In this document: in pieces, positions 9,032 to 17,974 of the stretch | Layout: each line of letters begins with the position of its first letter | How positions within the stretch are numbered: position 1 is the stretch's first letter | Assembly (NCBI GenBank): GCA_046349035.1 | Contig: JAXMDC010000002.1 | Span: forward strand, 237,093 to 301,092 | Length of the DNA stretch: 64,000 nucleotides | Source: Bauldia sp. | GTDB lineage: Bacteria; Pseudomonadota; Alphaproteobacteria; Rhizobiales; Kaistiaceae | Direction: 5' to 3' | Program-made: the position numbers and the translations under genes | Notes under the pieces: generated by a model | The model's input: only the letters and a program-made list of their open reading frames with translations | What the model was told of the DNA's origin: nothing | Database searches by the model: none

Positions 9032-9547
9032 TCACGCCTCGTCCTCGGTCCGCTTCGCGCCGATCGGGCGTGGCAGGAACCGCGGCACGCGCCTCTGGTA
9101 GTTGGCATACGAGCCGCCGAACCGGCGCAGCAGGCCCGGCTCCTCGACGAGCGGGAGATAGGTCGCGTTGATCGCCACGAAGATCCCCGCCCAGACCGCC
9201 ACCGCCGGCGAGCGGAGGAGCAGCGCCTCGCCGGCGAGCACGAAGATCACGCCGCTGATCATCGGATGGCGGACCACGCGGTAGGGGCCCGATGCGACGA
9301 ACACCCGCGGCGGATCCCAGGGGGCGAGCGTGCCGCGCCCGCGCGTCCAGAAGTGGGCGAGCGACCAGGAGAACAGCGCCAGCCCGACCGCGAGCGACAG
9401 CGCTCCGGCCGCAACCGCCGCCCACGCCGCCGGGCCCTCCGGCATCTGCACGCCGCCGGCGCGGCGGACCAGCCACCACGGAATGAGGCCGGCCGCGGTT
9501 CCCGGCAGCAGCGCCATCGAGAGGAGGTTGCGGAGCGCGTAGATCAT
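9032..9547 (-). CDS. Isoprenylcysteine carboxyl methyltransferase (ICMT)/phospholipid methyltransferase-family membrane protein.
   Basis: 171 aa. ...YRVVRHPMISGVIFVLAGEALLL...YANYQRRVPRFLP is the ICMT/PEMT C-terminal SAM-binding signature. Confidence 0.75.
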   Translation of the reverse strand: MIYALRNLLSMALLPGTAAGLIPWWLVRRAGGVQMPEGPAAWAAVAAGALSLAVGLALFSWSLAHFWTRGRGTLAPWDPPRVFVASGPYRVVRHPMISGVIFVLAGEALLLRSPAVAVWAGIFVAINATYLPLVEEPGLLRRFGGSYANYQRRVPRFLPRPIGAKRTEDEA

Positions 9548-10212
9548 GACGCGGCCCTCGCCATCGTCCTACCGGTAACGGCTGGCTCCTTCGCCTCGTT
9601 GAGGCGGTGGAAAAGGAGAAGATGCACCAGAATGAACAGCGGCACGAAGAAGGTCGGGATAAGACTGACCGGGAAGGCGATCATCGGGCCGGTCGTCGCG
9701 CCGCCGCCGGCAAGCAGCCCAAGCGGACCTTTAGCAAAGAGGACGCCGAGGGCGATCGCCGCCACGAGGTCGAGGAGGCCGAACGCGTTCCAGGCGAGGA
9801 GCCAGCCCCGCGACACCGGGCGTGTCGCCGGGCGCGCGACGATCGCCACGGCGCCGGCGGCGGCGATGATGTCGCCGAGGCCCTCGGGGATTGCGAAACC
9901 GGCGGGGAGGGCGCCCTGCAGCCAGCCGACGAGGAAGCCGAGGCCGACGAAGCGCCAGGCATGGGCGCCGATCAGCCATCGCATGTCGACCTGCCGGACC
10001 AGCGCCCTGAAGGCAGGGCTGGCCGCGAACGCCAGCAGGCCCGTCGCGATCGGCACGACAATAAAGGCGAGGAGCTCGAACGGCGGCCGCTCCGGGCGCT
10101 CCAGGACGCCGGCCGCGCCGGCGGCAAGCGCGGCGATCAGCCAGGCGGCGATGGCAAGGACGGTCGCACCGGCGGCCGCTGTCGTTGGCATGTCGTTGGA
10201 GTTGGCGTTCAT
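9544..10212 (-). CDS. Integral membrane protein, hypothetical. A candidate MarR box lies immediately upstream.
   Basis: Start at MNANSNDM (internal Met of the 381-aa ORF; the upstream part is Arg/Pro junk). Six TM helices. Confidence 0.55.
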   Translation of the reverse strand: MNANSNDMPTTAAAGATVLAIAAWLIAALAAGAAGVLERPERPPFELLAFIVVPIATGLLAFAASPAFRALVRQVDMRWLIGAHAWRFVGLGFLVGWLQGALPAGFAIPEGLGDIIAAAGAVAIVARPATRPVSRGWLLAWNAFGLLDLVAAIALGVLFAKGPLGLLAGGGATTGPMIAFPVSLIPTFFVPLFILVHLLLFHRLNEAKEPAVTGRTMARAAS

Positions 10213-10235
10213 GGCAGACTCCTGTGAATATGCAC
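10213..10235. promoter_or_regulatory. Near-palindromic MarR-type box TGTGAATATGCACACA, immediately upstream of the membrane-protein gene.
   Basis: Imperfect inverted repeat TGTG-N8-CACA around an ATAT core. A related box occurs again upstream of the adjacent marR-family gene. Confidence 0.4.
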
Positions 10236-10277
10236 ACATCATGGCGAACGAAACGCAGGCCGGGCCGCCGGCCCGGT

Positions 10278-10661
10278 CTAGGATCGGCCTTTTCGCGGGG
10301 TCTTGGCGGTGCGTGCGGAATGGCCGAGGCGGGCGAGGGTGGTCCGCAGCTCCGGCTCGCTTTCTTGCAGCAACCGCTCCTGGACGCGCTGCCAGGCGGG
10401 GTAGGCTTCGACCAGGAGCGCCTGGCCGGCGGCGGTCGGATGCAGCTCGTCGCGCCGTCCGCCCTCTTCGCGGCGGATGTCGACCAGGCCTTGCCGCACC
10501 AGCGGGCGGACGTTGCGCAGCATGGTGGTGCGCTCCATGCCGAGCGCCGCGGCGAGTTGCGCCAGCGGCACCGGCCCGCCGGCGGCAGCGGTCAGCAGCG
10601 GCAGCTGCGTGGCGCGGAGGCCGAAGGGCCGGAGTGCCTGGTCGAATTGCTGGGTGACCAC
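10278..10661 (-). CDS. MarR-family transcriptional regulator.
   Basis: 127 aa. LRATQLPLLTAAAGGPVPLAQLAAALGMERTTMLRNVRPLVRQGLV is a MarR wHTH. Confidence 0.8.
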   Translation of the reverse strand: MVTQQFDQALRPFGLRATQLPLLTAAAGGPVPLAQLAAALGMERTTMLRNVRPLVRQGLVDIRREEGGRRDELHPTAAGQALLVEAYPAWQRVQERLLQESEPELRTTLARLGHSARTAKTPRKGRS

Positions 10662-10740
10662 CCGCGTCGTCCGCCGCAGCGCCAGGCACAGGCAGCCCTC
10701 GAGGGCCTGGCGCGTTGGCGCGGCGTCGGCGTCTGGCGGG

Positions 10741-10765
10741 TCATGATGTGAATATACACATAACC
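10741..10765. promoter_or_regulatory. Near-palindromic box ATGTGAATATACACAT in the marR promoter region.
   Basis: Imperfect palindrome ATGTG-a-ATAT-a-CACAT about 80 nt upstream of the marR start. Same core as the 10213 site. Confidence 0.4.
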
Positions 10766-10807
10766 GCCGCGATCGATCAAGCCGGGGCGGGCGGGGGAGC
10801 TCCCCGC

Positions 10808-11239
10808 CTAGGCCCCGATCCGCGACAGCGTCCGCACGAAGGCGGTGCGCGGCGGCGGGAACGCGCGGTTCGGCTCGGCCGAGGCCGGGTGGTGCAGCTT
10901 GGAGGGTTTGCCGGAAGCGGCTAGCCGGCGGTGCGCCTCGGCCCAGTCAAGGCCGGTTCCTTCCTGCTCGTAGTGGCTGGCGAGCGCCTCGTCGGCCCAG
11001 TCCATCAGCCGCGGCATCGCTTTGAGATGGGCGCCGGAGGCGCGGTAGGCGCGCATCGCCGCCTCGTCCTCCCAGATGGACAGCGTCCAGAAGGCGCGGT
11101 TGCGATCCGGCAGCAGCGCCCCGGCGAGGAAGCCGGGCGCGCGGCGCGCCTGCCGGGCGCTGGTCTCGCTGTGCCAGAAGAACGCCGGGAGGAAGCGGAG
11201 GCTGCGGATGCGCAGCCGCGTGACCGAGACGAATGGCAT
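10808..11239 (-). CDS. Hypothetical protein. ABM-fold/DUF3291-like is possible but not certain.
   Basis: Start at the internal MPFVSVTRLRIRSLRFLPAFFWH...WTLSIWEDEAAMRAYRASGAHL. Confidence 0.45.
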   Translation of the reverse strand: MPFVSVTRLRIRSLRFLPAFFWHSETSARQARRAPGFLAGALLPDRNRAFWTLSIWEDEAAMRAYRASGAHLKAMPRLMDWADEALASHYEQEGTGLDWAEAHRRLAASGKPSKLHHPASAEPNRAFPPPRTAFVRTLSRIGA

Positions 11240-11339
11240 TTCCGACCCCGTGCTGTCGCACCGTCCGTTGCCGGACCGCGCCGCCATAGCATTGTGGGTG
11301 GCAGCGCTCAAAGGCCGGGGCGGAGGAACGCCCTGCCGG

Positions 11340-11891
11340 CTACTTCGCCTGTGCGAACAGGCGGGCGCGGTATTCCGCTCCCGCCGGCCCCCAGGTCTGC
11401 CAGTGCAGCTTCACCAGGCGCGGGCGGAGGATCAGGCCGCTCGCCGCCTCGATCGAGACGGCGACGGTGATGTCGTCTTCCGCGCGGTAGGCGAGGATCT
11501 GGCCGTCGACGCCGAAGAAGGCCGCCGCCTTCTCGCCCATCAGGCCGTAGCCGATGTCGCGTGCATCGAACCCGGCCTTGGCCAGCGCGTCGAGATAGAA
11601 GCGGCTGATATCGTCGACGTCCTTGTGGGTGAGGAGGTCGAGGTCGCCGGCGATCGCGCGGCCGGGGTCGGGCAGCCAGTGCGCGGCGCTGACGGTCAGC
11701 GCGCCGGGAAGGTTGGGCACCCAGGCCGGTCGCGGTGCGTCCGGCCCGGAGATCAGCGTCCGCCGCAGGCCGTCGGCCTCGGCGAACACCACCGTATTGG
11801 TGCCGATCGCGCGGAAGATGATCGCCGAAGCGTAGGGGTAGCCCGCAACCAGCGCGATCGCGAGTAGGAGGAAGGGCAGCCAGCGACGCAT
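11340..11891 (-). CDS. Secreted/periplasmic hypothetical protein.
   Basis: 183 aa. Signal peptide MRRWLPFLLLAIALVAGYPYASA, followed by a soluble domain. Confidence 0.5.
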   Translation of the reverse strand: MRRWLPFLLLAIALVAGYPYASAIIFRAIGTNTVVFAEADGLRRTLISGPDAPRPAWVPNLPGALTVSAAHWLPDPGRAIAGDLDLLTHKDVDDISRFYLDALAKAGFDARDIGYGLMGEKAAAFFGVDGQILAYRAEDDITVAVSIEAASGLILRPRLVKLHWQTWGPAGAEYRARLFAQAK

Positions 11892-12077
11892 GGGAGGGGG
11901 TTCCGCGGGGTGGCGACCCTGCCGGCAAGAACCTTTCCCGGACCTTGCGCGGCGAGCGCAAACCCCGCGTTTAGCCGGCGACGTGGTTTACGGGGAGTTA
12001 GGAGGAGGGCACTCCCTTCCCAACCCGGCCGCGCGCGGCTATAGGCCCTCGCGCAAAACTGCCGGGGGGCTCAGCGC

Positions 12078-12575
12078 ATGTCCGACGAAGAGGCCAATGT
12101 CGAGCGGGCCGCTAAGCTGAAGGAGCGCATCTATCTCAGCTTCACCGGCCTCGCGGTGGTGCTGGCGCTCGCCGCGCACGGCGAGACGACTGCCGGGGAG
12201 GCGCTCGTTACCCTCGCCATCACCATGGCCGGGACGCTCCTCGCCATGCTGCTCGCCGACATCGTTTCCCACCTCATCGGCCATTCGCGCCTGATGAGCG
12301 GCGCGGAACTGCGCCATGCGGTTCGGCTCACCGCCGGCGCGATCGCCGCCGTCGCCCTGCCGCTGATCTTCCTCGCCATCGCCGCGATGGGGACTTGGTC
12401 GGCCCGCGGCGCCCTGCGCGCCTCGGCCATCGCCCTCATCGCCTGGCTGGTGGTGATCGGCCTGATCGCCGCGCGCCACGCGCCCCTGCCGGCCTGGCAG
12501 CGGCTGCTAGTCCTTGCCGGCGCGGCGGTCCTCGGCGTCGCGGTGGTCGGGCTGGAACTGTTGGCGCATCGCTAG
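12078..12575 (+). CDS. Integral membrane protein, hypothetical.
   Basis: 165 aa. Charged N-terminus, then 4 TM helices. Confidence 0.5.
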   Translation: MSDEEANVERAAKLKERIYLSFTGLAVVLALAAHGETTAGEALVTLAITMAGTLLAMLLADIVSHLIGHSRLMSGAELRHAVRLTAGAIAAVALPLIFLAIAAMGTWSARGALRASAIALIAWLVVIGLIAARHAPLPAWQRLLVLAGAAVLGVAVVGLELLAHR

Positions 12576-12674
12576 CCGCCCGGCGCCGGGACCGGCCGCC
12601 CCGCACCCCGCGGTTCCCCGCCCTGCCGGGGCCTGATAGAACTCCGCCCGTCGGCTCGGAGGGAGTGTGGTGCC

Positions 12675-13724
12675 ATGCGTATCGGCGGTGTGATTGGGGT
12701 TGCCTTGCCCGCGCTTCTGGCGCTCGCCGCTCCGGCGCTTGCCGACGACCGGACCGATTGCCTCCAGGGCCGCGACCCCGAAGCCGTCATCCGCGGCTGC
12801 TCGGCGCTCATCGCCGCCGGCACCGCACCGGCGTCCGAACTCGCCGACGCCTATGACAGCCGCGGCGCCGCCTACCAGTACAACGGCGCTACCGATCTCG
12901 CCCTCGCCGATTTCACCAAGGCGATCCAGCTGAAGCCCGACGGCTTCCAGGCCTATGTCGACCGCGGCGATACCTACGCCGCCGGCCGCCAACTCGAACT
13001 CGCCGTCGCCGACTACACCCGCGCCATCGCCCTCAACGCCGCCGCCACCGACGCTTATAGCGGCCGCGGCTCGGCGCTGATGAGCCTCGGGCGGACCGAG
13101 GCGGCGATCGCCGACTTCGGCAAGGTGATCGATGCCGACCCGGCCTCGCCCGACGGTTACGTCGCGCGCGGCATTGCGAGGAGCGCTGCCCAGCAATACG
13201 ACCTCGCCATCGCCGACTTCGACGCCGCCCTAAAGCGCGACGACAAGCAGGCCTTCGTCTACGACCTTCGCGGCACCTCCAACTTCGCCAGGAAGAGCTA
13301 CGAGGCCGCCATCGCCGATTTCAGCAAGGCTCTCGCCCTGCAGCCCGGCGAGGTGCAGGTCCATCTCAACCGGGCTCTCGCCTACGACGCGACCGGCCAG
13401 TACGCCCTCGCCATCGCCGACTACGGCAAGGCGGTGCTGAAGATCTCCGCCGACCCGCAGATCTACATCAACCGCGGCACCGACTACATCAAGACCAGCC
13501 AGTGGGACCTCGCCGTCCGCGACTTCAGCCAGACCATCCGTCTCGCCCCCGATCTCGCGCTCGGCTACACCGGCCGCGGCGAGGCCCTGGCCGGCAAGGG
13601 CGACTTCGCCCGCGCGCTCGAGGACTACGAGGCCGGCGCCAAGCTCCTCGCCGCCGGCACCCCCGCCCGCGCCGACGCCGACGCCAAGATCGCCGACCTC
13701 AAGCGGAAGGCGGGAGGGCGGTAG
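12675..13724 (+). CDS. Periplasmic TPR-repeat protein. Paralog of the N-terminal sensor domain of the TPR-caspase protein at 54828.
   Basis: 349 aa. Signal peptide, then a conserved DDRTDCLQGRDPEAVIRGCSALIAAG box, then about 8 TPR units, each with an AIADF/AVADY signature. Confidence 0.8.
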   Translation: MRIGGVIGVALPALLALAAPALADDRTDCLQGRDPEAVIRGCSALIAAGTAPASELADAYDSRGAAYQYNGATDLALADFTKAIQLKPDGFQAYVDRGDTYAAGRQLELAVADYTRAIALNAAATDAYSGRGSALMSLGRTEAAIADFGKVIDADPASPDGYVARGIARSAAQQYDLAIADFDAALKRDDKQAFVYDLRGTSNFARKSYEAAIADFSKALALQPGEVQVHLNRALAYDATGQYALAIADYGKAVLKISADPQIYINRGTDYIKTSQWDLAVRDFSQTIRLAPDLALGYTGRGEALAGKGDFARALEDYEAGAKLLAAGTPARADADAKIADLKRKAGGR

Positions 13725-13730
13725 GTCGGT

Positions 13731-13757
13731 TCCTCCCCCGCGCAGCGGGGGAGGGGG
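13731..13757 (+). terminator. GC-rich hairpin (10-bp perfect stem CCTCCCCCGC / GCGGGGGAGG) after the TPR gene. Candidate intrinsic terminator lacking a U-tract.
   Basis: Perfect inverted repeat seen directly in the sequence, 7 nt after the stop. Confidence 0.35.
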
Positions 13758-13895
13758 ACCATGCGCAGCATGGTGGAGGGGGCGGGGGACGAGCGCCCCC
13801 GCGGGCCTGTAGCCCGGATGAAGCGGAGCGAAGTCCGGGGCCGCGTTAGGGCGGTCGCTCCCGCATTCCGCTGCCGCTCCATGGCGGCTACGGGC

Positions 13896-14078
13896 TCACC
13901 GAGGGACGTTGTTCCATTGCGAGACGCAATCGCCGATGACGAACAGCGGGATGCCGAATATCACGAGAATCAGGCTGATCGCGCTGAAGAGACAGCCCGA
14001 GCCCGCGCCGTAGTTCGGTGGCCGCATAAGCCGGGCGCCGAGCGATTCCTTGGGCGGCTCGGGGGCTGGATCGGTCAT
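13896..14078 (-). CDS. Small hydrophobic protein (60 aa), translationally coupled (ATGA) to the upstream membrane protein. Last gene of the radical-SAM operon.
   Basis: MTDPAPEPPKESLGARLMRPPNYGAGSGCLFSAISLILVIFGIPLFVIGDCVSQWNNVPR: charged N-terminal half, hydrophobic Cys-containing C-terminal half. Confidence 0.35.
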   Translation of the reverse strand: MTDPAPEPPKESLGARLMRPPNYGAGSGCLFSAISLILVIFGIPLFVIGDCVSQWNNVPR

Positions 14079-14500
14079 GCTTGTGCGTCGGTTGGAGGGG
14101 CCGGCGGCGATGCGGCGGGTCTCGGCCGCCAGGGCCAGGCCACCAGAACCGAGCCCGCGAAGAAGAAGCAGGCGATGACGAACGCGCTCCCTGCTGTCAC
14201 CACTATCTCTGCCACCACCTCCAAAGCCGGCCGGCCGGCAAGCGGATTCCAGATAGCCATTGGCGCGAACGCGTAGACGAATGCACCGAACAAGAGGGCA
14301 CTGAATCCGCCGAGGTTGCAAACAACGAGTCCAATCCACCTCGCCACAACAGCGCGAGCCGCTGCCGGTTGCCAAGGCAATGTCCCTGCGAGAGCTAAAA
14401 TCCCGACGAGAAAAAGGAACCCAGTTTCAGGCCGCAGCTGGTGGGTGGCCGATGCGATGCCAAAGGCACCGGAGGCGCCGGAGGCAACCACAATAGCCAT
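14075..14500 (-). CDS. Integral membrane protein (4 TM helices), second gene of the radical-SAM operon.
   Basis: Start at MAIVVASGASGAF... (tail of the 703-aa artefact ORF). 53 nt downstream of the radical-SAM stop. Confidence 0.5.
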   Translation of the reverse strand: MAIVVASGASGAFGIASATHQLRPETGFLFLVGILALAGTLPWQPAAARAVVARWIGLVVCNLGGFSALLFGAFVYAFAPMAIWNPLAGRPALEVVAEIVVTAGSAFVIACFFFAGSVLVAWPWRPRPAASPPAPPTDAQA

Positions 14501-14553
14501 CGCGATAGCGATACCTTTCCACCCGCGATCCGGCTCCTCACGATCCGTTCCGC

Positions 14554-15972
14554 TCACGCCTCCACTCCGCGCCGGAGCCGCTCGCGCATCTCGCCGATGC
14601 GCCCGTTGCGGTAGAACAGGTTGTACGTGTCGAACGGGATGATCTGCCCGGCTGGCGTCAGGAAGTGGACGCAGGAGCGCTTCACCCGGCTGAGGCAGAA
14701 ATTGTGCGCGTCGAGGAATTCGACGACGGCGATGCGGAACATGTTGTCGTAGCCGAGCCCCGCCGGCACCGGCACTTGCGGCAGGCAGCAGAGGAGGGCT
14801 TCGAGCCGCTCCGGCGTGTTGCACTCCTGCGTCGCCAGCGAAAAGAACTCGAACACCTTCTGTCGGAGCGCCGGGTATTTCTCGAACGACACCGCGTTCG
14901 GCAGCGCCTCGATGAGATCGTCCTTGGGGAAGAAGGAGGTGATCGGCGTGATCGCCCGCCCGTTCCTGAGCGCATAGCCGATGGCGATCGATTCCGGATT
15001 GCAGGGGAGGGGGATGATGTCGCTCTCGCCGAAGGCGGTGCCGGCGGCGATGATCGCCCGGCGGACTTCCGAGAGCAGCACGCGGTCGCGCTTCTTGTCG
15101 AAGCCGAGGTTGCGGCCGGCGTCCTGGATCGGCTGGAAGGTGACGCCGCGCACGCATTTCCAATCGAGCGCGTAGTCGACGATCGCGCCGACCTCGTCGT
15201 CGTTGACGCCGCGCTTCAGCGTGACGACGAGGGTCGTCGAGATATTGCGGGCTTCCAGCGCCTCGAGCGCCTGGCGGCGGATGCGGCTGAGGTCGGCGCC
15301 GCGCAGCGTCTTCAGCGCCTCGGGGCGGAGCGAGTCGAACTGGAGATAGACCTCGAAGCCCGGCTTGAAGCCGGCGAGCGCATCGGCGAAGGCGGCGTCC
15401 TCGGCGATGCGAATGCCGTTGGTGTTGATCATCACGTGGCGGATCGGCCGCGCCTTGGCCATGCCGATGATGGTGAGGATATCCGGGTGCAGCGTCGGCT
15501 CGCCGCCGGAGAGCTGCAGAAGGTCCGGCTCGCCCTCGCTGGCGACGAGGGCGTCCATCATGAACTCGATTTCCTTGAGCGGCCGGTGCAGCGTTTTCGC
15601 CGTTCCGCTCTCGGCAAAGCACACCGGGCAGTTGAGGTTGCAGGCTTCGTTGACGTCGATCAGCGCCAGGCACGAGTGCTGCTCGTGATCGGGGCAGAGG
15701 CCGCAATCGTAGGGGCAGCCAAGGTCGGTCCGCGCCTGAAACTCGTGCGGCCGGTCGCCCGGTTTGATGTAGTCGCGGCAGAGCTTGTAATAGGCGGCGT
15801 CGGTCGAGATCAGCGCCTTCTGCACGCCATGCTGCCGGCAGCGCTTCTGGTAGTAGACCTCCTCGCCCTCGATCAGGATCTTGGCCGGCACCAGCGCCAG
15901 GCACACCTCGCAGAGCGAGGTCGTTTGGCCGAGAAACACATAGGGCGCGATCTTGCGGGTCGGGGCGTTCAT
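14554..15972 (-). CDS. Radical SAM enzyme with an extra N-terminal Cys cluster (zinc-ribbon/rubredoxin-like).
   Basis: 472 aa. The canonical CNLNCPVCF (CX3CX2C) motif follows N-terminal CEVC...C and CPYDCGLCPDHEQHSC clusters. Further C-terminal Cys residues (CC...C...C) are present. Confidence 0.85.
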   Translation of the reverse strand: MNAPTRKIAPYVFLGQTTSLCEVCLALVPAKILIEGEEVYYQKRCRQHGVQKALISTDAAYYKLCRDYIKPGDRPHEFQARTDLGCPYDCGLCPDHEQHSCLALIDVNEACNLNCPVCFAESGTAKTLHRPLKEIEFMMDALVASEGEPDLLQLSGGEPTLHPDILTIIGMAKARPIRHVMINTNGIRIAEDAAFADALAGFKPGFEVYLQFDSLRPEALKTLRGADLSRIRRQALEALEARNISTTLVVTLKRGVNDDEVGAIVDYALDWKCVRGVTFQPIQDAGRNLGFDKKRDRVLLSEVRRAIIAAGTAFGESDIIPLPCNPESIAIGYALRNGRAITPITSFFPKDDLIEALPNAVSFEKYPALRQKVFEFFSLATQECNTPERLEALLCCLPQVPVPAGLGYDNMFRIAVVEFLDAHNFCLSRVKRSCVHFLTPAGQIIPFDTYNLFYRNGRIGEMRERLRRGVEA

Positions 15973-16182
15973 GGCGGGGCGTGTCCCGTGGGGGCCTTCT
16001 CCTTAGCGCCGTCGCCGCGCCGGGGCGAGGGGCGCCGCTGCTTCGGTCGCTCGGGCGGATCGACACGATATGAACGACGTTCATACATCGGGCGTGCGTA
16101 ATGTGCAAGGGCCGCATCGGGAGTGTCGCCCGCGCGCCCCGGCGCGATGCCCGCAATCGTTGTCGTGGCGGCCGCGCCCCCC

Positions 16183-16785
16183 TCACTCCCCCGGCAGCGG
16201 CCAGCCGGCGGCGGCGAAGACCTGACGGCGCACGCCCTCGCGCAGTTCCTCGGCAAGGCCGTCATCGTCGACCGCGCGGGCGAGCACCATGCCGCCGACC
16301 GTCATCGCCGCGAGGGCCAAAGCCCGCTCGCGCCGCTCAGCAATGCGGCCGCCGAGGTTCTCCGCGAACACCGCCACCATCATGTCGAGCACCTCGCGGA
16401 ATGCGCCCTTGGTGACGGCGCTGCCGCGCGCGACGTCGCTCGGGAGGCCGATCATCGGGCAGGAGCCGTCGCGGTCGTCGAGATGGTCGCGCGAGAGATA
16501 GGCGTTGACGATCATCGCCGCGAGCGAGCGCCCGCGCGCCGCGGGATCGATGTTCCTCGTCTGCCAGGCCGGCCGGCGCGGGCTGGCGTTGAACTGGCGA
16601 ACCGCGTGCGCGTAGAGATCCTCCTTGGAGGCGAAGTGCTTGTAGAAGCCGCCGCGCGTCAGCCCGGCCTCGGCCATCACCTCGTCGATGCTGACATCGG
16701 AGAAGCCGCGCCGATTGAAGAGCTTGCGCGCGCTGTCGACGATGCGGCGGCGCGTCTCCGCCTTTTGCGCCGGCACATGCGGCAT
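16183..16785 (-). CDS. TetR/AcrR-family transcriptional regulator.
   Basis: TRRRIVDSARKLFNRRGFSDVSIDEVMAEAGLTRGGFYKHFASKEDLY is a classic TetR N-terminal HTH. Divergent from the 16915 gene. Confidence 0.85.
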   Translation of the reverse strand: MPHVPAQKAETRRRIVDSARKLFNRRGFSDVSIDEVMAEAGLTRGGFYKHFASKEDLYAHAVRQFNASPRRPAWQTRNIDPAARGRSLAAMIVNAYLSRDHLDDRDGSCPMIGLPSDVARGSAVTKGAFREVLDMMVAVFAENLGGRIAERRERALALAAMTVGGMVLARAVDDDGLAEELREGVRRQVFAAAGWPLPGE

Positions 16786-16914
16786 GACCGTTTCCCCCAT
16801 TCTCTCGTTTGGCGAGAGGCTAGCGCGGCAAAATCGGATGTTCTTGAACATCCTTTGCGCAGCCGTCAACGTTACGGCGCCGGCGGGTTCCCGGTGGAGC
16901 GGGGGAGAGCGACG

Positions 16915-17280
16915 ATGACTTGGGTGCTGTGGCTGAACACCGTGGCCGAGACGCTGATCGCTGTCGGCATGTTTGCCGTGCCCGATCAGTTCTTTCCCGG
17001 CGCCGCCGGCCTATCCAGCTCGATCGCCCGAGCGTTTGCCTTCGCCATCCTCGCGGTCGCCTTCATCAGCTACCGCGCCACCTGGGCCGGCACCTCGCGC
17101 GAGACGGTCACGGCGATCGTGCTGATCCTCCTCGTCTATCACGCGCTTCAGCTTCTGGCGCAGTTCGTCTGGGCCGGGCTCTCCCCGCCGATGCTGATCC
17201 CGCCGGTGATCATCCACACCGTCGCCTGCGCGCTGCTCGGCCTCTACTTCGCGCGCCTCCGCTCGCCGGCGGCTGCCTAG
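16915..17280 (+). CDS. Small integral membrane protein (4 TM), divergently transcribed from the TetR gene and the likely TetR target.
   Basis: 121 aa, starting at MTWVLWLNTVAETLIAVGMFAV. 129-bp divergent intergenic region. Confidence 0.55.
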   Translation: MTWVLWLNTVAETLIAVGMFAVPDQFFPGAAGLSSSIARAFAFAILAVAFISYRATWAGTSRETVTAIVLILLVYHALQLLAQFVWAGLSPPMLIPPVIIHTVACALLGLYFARLRSPAAA

Positions 17281-17308
17281 TGAAAGGGGAGGGGGCGCCA
17301 GTGCCCCC

Positions 17309-17839
17309 TCAGCCCTCCCACACATACGTCCGCGGCCCGTAGGGCGCATCGTAGCGCGAGAGCATGGTGCCGAAGGCGCCGTTGCCGGGGCGCGGGTGGA
17401 GCGTCTCGTCGAGCGGCAGCAGCACGTCGTCGCTGACCTGCCAGAACGCCGAGAGCCCTTCGGCGGCGGGGCCTTCCAGGCGATAGAGCCTCGCCTCGGG
17501 ATAGCCGGCGATGCCGGTCGCGGCGCTGACCGCGCCCTCGCTGACCAGGCGGTCGTTGCCGGCGGTGCCGACGAGAGCGAGCCAATAGCTCGCCGGCGCG
17601 CCCTCGCTGCCGCCATAAAGCACGAGCTGCACCTTCAGCCGCGCGCAGGCGGCGACCACGCACGGCATCCGCCCCTCATAGACGCCGCGGATCGGCGCCC
17701 CGCCGGCGTTCCGCTCCGGGTAGGGCGGATCGAAGGTGGCGGTGCGAAGGCGCGGCCGCGACGCCTCGGCCTGAACCAGCGCGCCGGCCCCGAAGGCGGC
17801 GGCGATCAGCGCAACGGCGACAAGCTTTCCGGCGGTCAT
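17309..17839 (-). CDS. Periplasmic hypothetical protein.
   Basis: Start at MTAGKLVAVALIAAAFGAGALVQA (signal peptide). Two Cys residues. The longer ORF upstream reads through an lgt-derived remnant in the wrong frame. Confidence 0.5.
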   Translation of the reverse strand: MTAGKLVAVALIAAAFGAGALVQAEASRPRLRTATFDPPYPERNAGGAPIRGVYEGRMPCVVAACARLKVQLVLYGGSEGAPASYWLALVGTAGNDRLVSEGAVSAATGIAGYPEARLYRLEGPAAEGLSAFWQVSDDVLLPLDETLHPRPGNGAFGTMLSRYDAPYGPRTYVWEG

Positions 17840-17865
17840 GGCGTAGTCCTCCCGGCTGCGGCACG

Positions 17866-17945
17866 CCCCTCCCGCCCGCGCGCCAGCATCAGCGTGCCAT
17901 AGACGAGCAGTGTGAGGCAAAGGAGGTGGAAGGTTGAGCGGGTGC
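17866..17945. repeat. About 75-80 bp imperfect direct copy of the 3' end of the lgt-family gene (18886..18965), with a frameshift. A gene remnant or att-like duplication.
   Basis: CGCGCCAGCATCAGCGTGCCATAGACGAGCAGTGTGAGGCAAAGGAGGTGGAAGGTTGAGCGGG aligns with CGCGCCAGCATCAATGTGCCATAGGCGACGAGCGCCAGGCAAAGGAGGTGGAAGAGGTTGAGCGGG at about 85% identity. Confidence 0.6.
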
Positions 17946-17974
17946 GAACAAAGCGCGAGGACTTGGGGGGTGGC

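Noticed and set aside
14075-16186. 703-aa minus-strand ORF spanning the radical-SAM locus.
   Set aside because: It is a read-through frame overlapping the bona fide radical-SAM CDS (14554..15972). Only its last 141 aa (membrane protein 14075..14500) are credible.
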